DNA from: a virus
Lineage: Duplodnaviria; Heunggongvirae; Uroviricota; Caudoviricetes
Virus record (IMG/VR): IMGVR_UViG_2541047691_000012
DNA: 24,806 bases
Direction: 5' to 3' (one strand)
Below the pieces are notes generated by a model. That model was not told the DNA's origin and made no database searches. It saw only the letters and a program-made list of their open reading frames with translations. Made by a program: the position numbers and the translations under genes. Position 1 is the stretch's first letter, and every line of letters starts with the position of its first letter. Shown one piece after another: positions 7,983 through 14,875 of the stretch.

Positions 7983-9035
7983 TTAGCTGTCGGCGAACTT
8001 CAGGCCAGTGACCATCGCGCACTTGCCATAGTCTTCAACGACATAAGCGTCATTGATGGACTGGTAGGTGGCGATGCGGTTGTATTCCGGCTCGTCTTTC
8101 ATCAGGCGACGCATTGTTCCTTTCTGCCAGTAAATCGACAGGTTGTTGAACGAGGTGATCAGCATCGTTGAATCCGGGAAGAACGGCGCAAGGAATACAT
8201 CCAGTCCGCCAATGGCGCGCGATGACAGGATGAGCTGTCCGGCAAGTAATTCCGCATTGGGATTCTGGCCGCTGATGCTGTTCAGCACGGGCAGACGCAG
8301 CGAGTTAAACAGGTTGCGCCCCATAATCACCACGAGGTCGTCAGCTTCCTTGTGCCATTCATCCAGCAGGGATGAGCGCGCGTCCTGTACCAGTGCATCA
8401 GCGTTCGCATACTTACCCGCGTGCGCCACGGTGTTGTCCATGTTGCGGGAGGTCAGCGTCACGTCATTCATTACGCGCTCGCTGGCGTCGGTTCTGATGT
8501 GCTCCAGCCATCCCACGTTAACGTCCTGAAGCAGCTTGTTGGTGCTGAAGTTGGACTCATCTGCGTGAGACGTGCCGTTGAAACCGATCATGATGCGGTC
8601 AAGCGCCACCTGCCGGGCAATCTGTGTGCTGACGCGTGACTGAAAATCAGGGTGTGCCGCCCAGGCATCAAGCTGCGGATACGAAATAAACGTGTCGTAG
8701 TTCACCTGTTCGCACTGATATTTGCGGTTTTTCAGATCAACCACGTTATTCGGGTTACGGCGTTTTGTGCCGTCATAACTGGTATTCGTGCGCGCAATCG
8801 GCCCGGTGGTGTCCAGGAGGATTTTTTCGCCTTTCTGGTCTGTCACACCGAACACGTTAATTTTTTTTGTAAATTCAGTGCTCTCCTTTACTGCGTTTTC
8901 AAAACGCTGCTGCACCGAGGGTTCCACGGTAAATCGCGATACCAGTGCAGATACCGGGATGTTGTTAAGCGACGCCTGCTGCGCCATATAGCAACCCAGC
9001 TTGTTGCGGGTAATATCTGACATCACCAGATTCAT
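7983..9035 (-). CDS. N: Major capsid protein N (P2 gpN-like)
   Basis: 350 aa (P2 gpN is 357 aa). The motif KKFTVEPSV in P2 matches SRFTVEPSV here. Sits between scaffold O and M. SD AAGGAG upstream. Confidence 0.9.
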   Translation of the reverse strand: MNLVMSDITRNKLGCYMAQQASLNNIPVSALVSRFTVEPSVQQRFENAVKESTEFTKKINVFGVTDQKGEKILLDTTGPIARTNTSYDGTKRRNPNNVVDLKNRKYQCEQVNYDTFISYPQLDAWAAHPDFQSRVSTQIARQVALDRIMIGFNGTSHADESNFSTNKLLQDVNVGWLEHIRTDASERVMNDVTLTSRNMDNTVAHAGKYANADALVQDARSSLLDEWHKEADDLVVIMGRNLFNSLRLPVLNSISGQNPNAELLAGQLILSSRAIGGLDVFLAPFFPDSTMLITSFNNLSIYWQKGTMRRLMKDEPEYNRIATYQSINDAYVVEDYGKCAMVTGLKFADS

Positions 9036-9058
9036 AAAAAATTTGCTCCTTTGTCTTA

Positions 9059-9895
9059 TCAGAAGTCAGCCAGTTGATCGGAGGCTGCGCCCGTTGCGGT
9101 GAACCGGTTCTGCGGATCGCCGTCCTGCGTGCGCAGTTTTTCCTTCAGTGCTGTCAGCTCTGTGGTCAGTAAAGTGATTTTCTGGCTGTCCTGCTGATGG
9201 CGGGTTTCCAGCGCATTAAAACGGTCGATAATGTCGGCCTGTGACGTTGCGACACCTTCCACCGCTTCCTGAATACGGGAGAAACTGGCGTCATCCGCTT
9301 TGCGGCCACGGCCAATAATCCCCATAACGCGGTTAAACCACTGGGTGCCTTCTTCCTGACGTTGTTCGGTGAGTTCGATAAGTTCTGACTCCATAGCGGC
9401 GGTAAACATCGCCACGTCTCCCTGCTGACAGTTGAATGTCATCAGTTGCATACGTTGTTGTGCCGCAAAGGCCAGACGTTCCGTGCCCAGGCTGGCAGGG
9501 GTGTCGGTCATTGCCAGCCCGCGCAGGTAAGGGCCTCCCGTGATGGTTGACTGTGGTTCCAGCTCAATACTGGAGTAAATTTTTTTACCATCGTTAAGCA
9601 GGGACATCATGCGAGCGGTCGGCTCAATTTCGGCATACAGTGCCGTGCGGCCTGCCAGCGGGCCATCGGTTATGTCTTCGGTGCTCAACCCCACAACATC
9701 GCCCATAGCGGAAAACTCGCTACCGGGGAGTGGTGACAGGATGTGCTCAATATTCACACGTGCACCATAAACGGACGGGTTATAACTGGTGGCGGCAGCT
9801 TTCAGCATGTCGCCGTTGATTTCGCGCCCGTCTGCCGTTACACCGGAGACAGCCACGCGAAACTTTTTGCGGGATGTCTTTTTTTCATTAGCCAT
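9059..9895 (-). CDS. O: Capsid scaffolding protein O (P2 gpO-like)
   Basis: Start set at the internal ATG (MANEKKTSRKKFRVAVSG...), which has a GAGGGG SD and matches the P2 gpO N-terminus style (MAKKVSKFFRIGVEG). ~278 aa. Confidence 0.85.
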   Translation of the reverse strand: MANEKKTSRKKFRVAVSGVTADGREINGDMLKAAATSYNPSVYGARVNIEHILSPLPGSEFSAMGDVVGLSTEDITDGPLAGRTALYAEIEPTARMMSLLNDGKKIYSSIELEPQSTITGGPYLRGLAMTDTPASLGTERLAFAAQQRMQLMTFNCQQGDVAMFTAAMESELIELTEQRQEEGTQWFNRVMGIIGRGRKADDASFSRIQEAVEGVATSQADIIDRFNALETRHQQDSQKITLLTTELTALKEKLRTQDGDPQNRFTATGAASDQLADF

Positions 9896-9928
9896 AGTTT
9901 TTGCCCCTCTGACTGGTTCTTCAGTCAT

Positions 9929-10049
9929 GATGGCAAAGCGTAACAGGCTGATACAAAGGGCTTTTGTTGTAAGAAAACGGCCAGAACAGGGGGTTAAGGA
10001 GAACGGTTTCGCGCGCGGGTAATCTTCCTGTAATTACTCAGGGGGAGCA
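9929..10049. promoter_or_regulatory. Divergent late-promoter region between O (minus) and P (plus)
   Basis: 121 bp intergenic region between divergent structural operons, as for P2 P_O/P_P. I could not find an exact TGT-N12-ACA Ogr-type site by eye. Confidence 0.4.
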
Positions 10050-11801
10050 ATGATTCAGGACGCTTTTGTGCGCCAGCGTGCGCGGCAACTTTACTGGCAG
10101 GGTTATCCGCCCGCAGAAATATCACGTCTGATGGGAATAAACCCGAACACGATTTATGCGTGGAAAAAACGCGACCAGTGGGATGAAACGCCACCCGTGC
10201 AGCGTGTCACGCAGTCCATCGATGCGCGCCTCATCCAGCTCACTGAAAAACAGAATAAAACAGGTGGTGACTTCAAGGAAATAGACCTGCTGACCCGGCA
10301 GCTTAAAAAGCTGCATGATGGCCAGCCGGATGTGATGGCCGCAGGAAAGAAAGGCCGGGCGAAAAAACTCAAAAATCATTTCACGCCGGAACAGATTGCC
10401 GCACTGCGGGAAAAAATCATCAGCAGGCTGGAGTGGCATCAGCGGGGCTGGTTTGACTCCCTGACCCTTTGCAGGGAAGCAGGGATACGTAACAGGATGA
10501 TCCTGAAATCCCGACAGATTGGGGCGACCTGGTATTTTGCACAGGAAGCGCTGCTGATGGCGCTGCGTGACGATGTGGCGCAACCTTACCAGCGTAACCA
10601 GATTTTTTTGTCTGCGTCGCGTCGTCAGGCGTTCCAGTTTAAAAGCATTATTCAGAAGGCCGCGGCTGAAGTTGATGTGGAGTTGAAAGGGGGCGATAAA
10701 ATCATCCTCTCCAACGGCGCAGAGCTGCATTTTCTCGGCACTTCTGCTGCGTCGGCACAGTCCTATACGGGCAATTTTTATTTTGATGAATTTTTCTGGG
10801 TCAGTCGCTTTGCTGAACTGCGCAAGGTGGCTGGCGCTATGGCAACCCTCAGCGGACTGCGGCGCACCTACTTCTCCACGCCATCCACCGAAACGCACGA
10901 GGCATACGCCTACTGGAACGGCGACCGCTGGAACGAGAAAAAGGCCACGTATAAACGCCAGCGTTTTTCTGTGGACTGGAAAACGCTGCATAACGGGCTT
11001 ATCTGCCCTGACCGGACGTGGCGGCAAATTGTCACGCTGGAAGATGTGGTTAATCACGGCTGGAAACACACCGATATCGACGAAATTCGTGATGAAAACA
11101 CCGAAGACGAGTTCCTCAATCTCTATATGTGTGAGTTTGTCCGCGAAGGGGAATCGGCATTTAACCTGAATATCCTGATTGGCTGCGGTGTTGACGGATA
11201 CGACGACTGGAAAGACTGGAAACCTTTTGCTCCCCGCCCGATGGGGAATCGTCCGGTATGGATTGGGTATGACGCAAACGGCAGCAGTGGCAACGGCGAC
11301 AGCGGCGCTGTGTCCGTGGTGGTTCCTCCGTCTGTTCCTGGTGGCCGTTTTCGAACGGTGGAGACGCGACGCGTTCAGGGGCTGGAGTTTGAAGAACAGG
11401 CCAGAGTCATTGAAGAGTTCACGTGTCGCTACAACGTGGAACACATCGGCATTGATGTGACGGGCGGGAACGGGGAGGCTGTTTATCAGATAGTGAAACG
11501 GTTTTTCCCTGCCGCTATTCCGTACACCTTCACGCTGTCATCAAAACGGTCGCTGGTACTGAAAATGCTGCAAATAATGCGTGCCGGGCGGTGGGAATAC
11601 GATCGCGCCGAACGCGAGCTGGTCGCGGCCTTTAACGCCGTGCGTAAGGTGAAAACACCGGGCGGCTTTATCACTTACGAAACGGACCGCGCGAGGGGGA
11701 TCAGCCACGGCGACCTTGCGTGGGCAACCATGCTTGCTGTCATTAACGAACCAATTGGCGGCGAAGGAGAAAACGAGCGTTTCACGGTTATGGAGTTCTG
11801 A
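10050..11801 (+). CDS. P: Terminase large (ATPase) subunit P (P2 gpP-like)
   Basis: 583 aa (P2 gpP is ~590 aa). Walker-like region (ILKSRQIGATWYFAQEAL). Followed by the portal gene with a 1 nt stop/start overlap. Confidence 0.9.
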   Translation: MIQDAFVRQRARQLYWQGYPPAEISRLMGINPNTIYAWKKRDQWDETPPVQRVTQSIDARLIQLTEKQNKTGGDFKEIDLLTRQLKKLHDGQPDVMAAGKKGRAKKLKNHFTPEQIAALREKIISRLEWHQRGWFDSLTLCREAGIRNRMILKSRQIGATWYFAQEALLMALRDDVAQPYQRNQIFLSASRRQAFQFKSIIQKAAAEVDVELKGGDKIILSNGAELHFLGTSAASAQSYTGNFYFDEFFWVSRFAELRKVAGAMATLSGLRRTYFSTPSTETHEAYAYWNGDRWNEKKATYKRQRFSVDWKTLHNGLICPDRTWRQIVTLEDVVNHGWKHTDIDEIRDENTEDEFLNLYMCEFVREGESAFNLNILIGCGVDGYDDWKDWKPFAPRPMGNRPVWIGYDANGSSGNGDSGAVSVVVPPSVPGGRFRTVETRRVQGLEFEEQARVIEEFTCRYNVEHIGIDVTGGNGEAVYQIVKRFFPAAIPYTFTLSSKRSLVLKMLQIMRAGRWEYDRAERELVAAFNAVRKVKTPGGFITYETDRARGISHGDLAWATMLAVINEPIGGEGENERFTVMEF

Positions 11802-12847
11802 TGAGCAGAAAAAATAAAAAAGTGCGCATGAGTTCACGCATTGATCTCGCTGATGCGCTCAGGAAAGAATCATCGCTCAGTGCATTCACATTTGATGGTC
11901 CTTATCGCCTGACCGGGCATGACCTGCTGGACAATATGTACTGTGCTGATAACGGGCGGTGGTATGAAACCCCGGTGGACTGGTACGGTCTGGCAAGAGC
12001 CGCCCGGCAAACGTCATGGCATCAGTCTGCGCTTTACTTTAAGCGCAATGTATTGCTCGGTTGCTACATCCCGCACCCGCTGCTTTCCCGACAGGATTTC
12101 GCGGCGCTGGCGCTGGACTGGTTTGTGTTCGGTAACGCATTCCTTGAGCTTCGAAGCAATATGCTCGGCGAACCGCTTAAATTACGGCACGCACTGGCGA
12201 AATACATGCGACGCGGAAGCGATCTTGAATCATGGTGGTATGTGCAGGATGGCAAGGATGCGTTTCAGTTTCGCCCTGGCAAAGTGTGCCACCTGATGAA
12301 TCCTGACATTAACCAGGAAATCTACGGCATGCCGGAATATCTTGGTGCATTACTCTCGGCCAGCCTGTCTCATTCGGCGGACATGTTCAGAAAACTGTAT
12401 TACGACAACGGATCCCACGCCGGGTGCATCATCTACATCGGTGCAGCGCAGGTAAACCGCGAAAGCATGGACTCCCTGAAAGAAACGCTACAGGGGGCAC
12501 GTGGTGGTGGTGCGTTTAAAAACGTGCTCATTCATGCGCCCAACGGGGGCAAAGAGGGGGTGCAAATTTTGCCGTTCCAGCAGATCACCGCAAAGGATGA
12601 GTTCATGAATGTTAAGGCGGCATCCCGTGATGATGTGCTGGCTGCGCACCGCGTTCCGCCGCAACTGATGGGGGCGATGCCGGGCGAAAAAAGTGCGTTT
12701 GGTGATGTGGAGAAGGCTGCGCGGGTTTACGCAATTAACGAGCTGATGCCCGTCATGGAGGCCATGAAGCACATCAATGACTGGCTTGGCGAAGAGGTGA
12801 TCCGCTTTAACCCTTACGCACTGTTAGACACCCAGCCCACATCCTGA
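11801..12847 (+). CDS. Q: Portal (capsid portal vertex) protein Q (P2 gpQ-like)
   Basis: 348 aa (P2 gpQ is ~344 aa). P-then-Q order transcribed away from O, as in P2. Confidence 0.9.
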   Translation: MSRKNKKVRMSSRIDLADALRKESSLSAFTFDGPYRLTGHDLLDNMYCADNGRWYETPVDWYGLARAARQTSWHQSALYFKRNVLLGCYIPHPLLSRQDFAALALDWFVFGNAFLELRSNMLGEPLKLRHALAKYMRRGSDLESWWYVQDGKDAFQFRPGKVCHLMNPDINQEIYGMPEYLGALLSASLSHSADMFRKLYYDNGSHAGCIIYIGAAQVNRESMDSLKETLQGARGGGAFKNVLIHAPNGGKEGVQILPFQQITAKDEFMNVKAASRDDVLAAHRVPPQLMGAMPGEKSAFGDVEKAARVYAINELMPVMEAMKHINDWLGEEVIRFNPYALLDTQPTS

Positions 12848-12874
12848 CGCGCTTCGCTTGTCTGCTGCTTCGCC

Positions 12875-12897
12875 GGGGCATAAAAAATTTATGCCCC
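12875..12897 (+). terminator. Stem-loop downstream of Q (ggggcat...atgcccc); no strong U-tract
   Basis: Perfect inverted repeat ggggcataaa/tttatgcccc starting 28 nt after the Q stop. Confidence 0.3.
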
Positions 12898-13270
12898 GAC
12901 TCTCCAGCTCCTGTATCAGTCAGATAATTTCACGACGCCTTCCAGTTTATCGCCACCATCGACGGTCAGACTCTTACGCAATCCCACCGCGTTGACTGTA
13001 TGTTCTCGCCGCCTCAGTGCGATTTTGACGGCCTTACCTTTCACCCCATCAAATCAAAAGCCCTCACGCCTTTTTCACGCTCAGCGTGAGAAATACAGCC
13101 ATTCTGTTGTGTCGCTGCGACATCGTTCAGGGAATGCTATTTACCCCCTGAAACGCGGGCTGTTCCCCCGTCACCTGCGCGCAGAAAAAACGCGTTTTTT
13201 TGTGCACGCACGGATCCTTGACGGATCCAGCCGCCACGCGGGCCGGAAGGGTAAAAAGTCGTTCAAAAAA

Positions 13271-13297
13271 ATTGTGCAAATTTGTGCACTATTGTGC
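13271..13297. repeat. Three phased TTGTGCA repeats (10 bp period) in the cos-proximal non-coding region
   Basis: attgtgcaaa / tttgtgcact / attgtgcatt at 13271, 13281 and 13291. GTGCAC is palindromic. Candidate protein-binding array. Confidence 0.4.
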
Positions 13298-13306
13298 ATT
13301 GAAATA

Positions 13307-13340
13307 AACGCCCTAGAGGAGGGCGTTTTACTTATCTTTT
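13307..13340 (+). terminator. Rho-independent-type terminator hairpin (aacgccct-agagg-agggcgtt) followed by a T-rich tract
   Basis: 8 bp perfect stem with 5 nt loop, followed by ttacttatctttt. Could also act on the minus strand for parMR transcripts. Confidence 0.45.
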
Positions 13341-13421
13341 ATAGCCTTGCCATGCTTTTTTTCCTTTTTCTTTGTCAATGTGTTGCATTGTGTACCCTTG
13401 TTTATGTTCCCGGATTAAAGT

Positions 13422-13444
13422 CATCAGGGCGGATGCGCCCTGAT
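13422..13444 (-). terminator. Stem-loop immediately downstream of parR (catcagggcg-gat-cgccctgatg)
   Basis: 10 bp perfect inverted repeat 7 nt after the parR stop; weak U-tract. Confidence 0.35.
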
Positions 13445-13450
13445 GTTGTG

Positions 13451-13762
13451 TTATTCGGGAAATAACGCCCGGATATTTCCGGCCATCTGACTGGTTATCT
13501 GTGCGGTTGATACTGGCTGTGATGCGGGGCGTTCTGTCCTGGTTTGTGTCACTGATAACGCTTCATCATCAGCCCATGCAGCCAGTCGGTAAGCCTCTGC
13601 CGGATTCATTTTCAGAAGTGCCAGCCCGGCCAGAAAAGCCACGCGTTGGCCGCTTTTGCGGGCTTCTGGTGTAAGGCTGTCCAGCCAGGCGCATGCTTCT
13701 CCTTCGTTCTTGACGGCGGCGGGCTTCAGATAGAAACTTATCCGTCTGGTTGGAGTCGTCAT
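13451..13762 (-). CDS. parR: ParR-like ribbon-helix-helix centromere-binding adaptor (type II partition)
   Basis: 103 aa from the internal ATG, with an AAGGAG SD 7 nt upstream. MTTPTRRISFYLKP...WLDSLTPEARKSGQRVAFLAGLALLKMNPAEA...NIRALFPE resembles my recollection of plasmid R1 ParR (KRRTIAFKLNPD...LDSIPQGERSRLNRAALTAGLALYRQDP...NILRSLFPKE). Immediately downstream of parM. Confidence 0.7.
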   Translation of the reverse strand: MTTPTRRISFYLKPAAVKNEGEACAWLDSLTPEARKSGQRVAFLAGLALLKMNPAEAYRLAAWADDEALSVTQTRTERPASQPVSTAQITSQMAGNIRALFPE

Positions 13763-13766
13763 TGGT

Positions 13767-14726
13767 TTACTCCTTGTCCATTGCGTACAGCCCATTAACC
13801 AGAGCAAACTGTGGCACCCCGTCCGCGATGAAAGTCGCATTAACTCCGCAGGCTTCGCGGATAGCGGGTGCCACAATCTCCGCCCCTCCACCGACAACCA
13901 TCACCCGCCCGTAACCCGAAAAACCCGCCAGCGCGCGGATCACGCGTTGTTTCAGTGTTTCTTCCTTTTCACGAATAACCGCCATCAGGCTGGCGTAATG
14001 CGCGTCATTGTGGATGTGCTGGCGCAGCCAGGCTTCATCATGGCGATGTTCGATAATGGTATTGGCGATGTGGTGACTGGTGCGCATACCGTTAGTGGCC
14101 ATCACCGACAGTACGGCATCGGCCATCAGAGAAACGCCTACGTGTGGATCGCAAAACACCTGGCTGATACCTGCCAGTTGCCCCTGAACCTTTGCCACAT
14201 CCAGCGTGGTTCCGCCCAAATCCACAATCAGCAGGGATTCAAACGGACTCATGTCAGCCAGTGCTTTAAAGCCAGCCGGAATGGATTCAGGCATAACCCG
14301 CACGTTACGGATAGTGAATGCTTCGCCGTTCTGGTACTCCACCGGGCGCATAACGTTCGCTTTTTTGCGGTTGATGTTGGCCATGTCCGGCTGTGCGTTT
14401 GTGTCGAAATACTCGCTCAGTGGCAGGGTAACAACCACATCCACCTCCTGTGGCGTGATGCCTGATTTGACCAGCGCGTGATGAATGGCAATGACATTCA
14501 CATCGCTGTACTGGTATTGCGTGTCGGTCGTCTGGACAAAGCGATCGCTGACCGGATCAAAACCATAGCGCACGCCATCAAGCATGTAGTTTGCGGGCTG
14601 CGTGCCACCGAACGGCGCAGACCATTCCGACTTGAAACTGTTCGGGCTGATGGCGTTGCGGCGTTCGCCGTTCTCAGTCCATGCCAGCTTGATGTTGGTG
14701 GAGCCGTCGTCGATACAAATTTTCAT
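13767..14726 (-). CDS. parM: ParM/StbA-family actin-like segregation ATPase
   Basis: 319 aa. MKICIDDGSTNIKLAW...ISPNSFKSEW...YQYSDVNVIAIHHAL...KANVMRPVEYQNGEAFTIRNVRVMPESIPAG...LLIVDLGGTTLDVAKV...MVVGGGAE closely parallels my recollection of R1 ParM (MLVFIDDGSTNIKLQW...ISPNSFKREW...WQYSDVNVVAVHHAL...VKVMPESIPAG...LLIIDLGGTTLDIS...VMVIGGGAE). SD AAGGA upstream. Confidence 0.9.
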   Translation of the reverse strand: MKICIDDGSTNIKLAWTENGERRNAISPNSFKSEWSAPFGGTQPANYMLDGVRYGFDPVSDRFVQTTDTQYQYSDVNVIAIHHALVKSGITPQEVDVVVTLPLSEYFDTNAQPDMANINRKKANVMRPVEYQNGEAFTIRNVRVMPESIPAGFKALADMSPFESLLIVDLGGTTLDVAKVQGQLAGISQVFCDPHVGVSLMADAVLSVMATNGMRTSHHIANTIIEHRHDEAWLRQHIHNDAHYASLMAVIREKEETLKQRVIRALAGFSGYGRVMVVGGGAEIVAPAIREACGVNATFIADGVPQFALVNGLYAMDKE

Positions 14727-14754
14727 GTCGATTTTCCTTATGTTGATTAATTAA

Positions 14755-14875
14755 CCGTTTACGGGATTTTTAAATCCCGCTTTCGCCTGTTTTGTGCGCA
14801 CTTCATGTTTTATGGCGCGTTTTTTGCTCATTTACGGGATTTGTGAATCCCGTTTCTGTCTGTTTTTTGTTTCCA
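14755..14875. repeat. Two ~42 bp direct repeats (73 bp period), each carrying a palindrome ACGGGATTT-n-AATCCCG; candidate parC centromere/operator
   Basis: Copy 1 at 14758-14800 (tttacgggatttttaaatcccgctttcgcctgttttgtgcgca); copy 2 at 14831-14875 (tttacgggatttgtgaatcccgtttctgtctgttttttgtttcc). Copy 1 is in the A-parM intergenic space; copy 2 overlaps the last codons of A. Confidence 0.55.

Noticed and set aside
9929-10049. Canonical Ogr/Delta-type TGT-N12-ACA activator site in the late promoter region
   Set aside because: No exact match found by eye on either strand. The region is annotated only as a divergent promoter region.
10122-11444. 440 aa minus-strand ORF inside the terminase large subunit gene
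   Set aside because: Antisense shadow ORF of a well-supported gene (gpP homologue on the plus strand). Low-complexity Arg/Pro-rich translation with no signals.
12992-13465. 157 aa plus-strand ORF across the cos-proximal intergenic region
   Set aside because: Crosses several hairpins and the repeat array. No RBS. Most likely a chance ORF in non-coding DNA.
13763-13897. N-terminal extension of the ParR ORF overlapping the 3' end of parM
   Set aside because: The internal ATG at 13762 has an AAGGAG SD and yields a ParR-sized protein. The extension would overlap parM out of frame.
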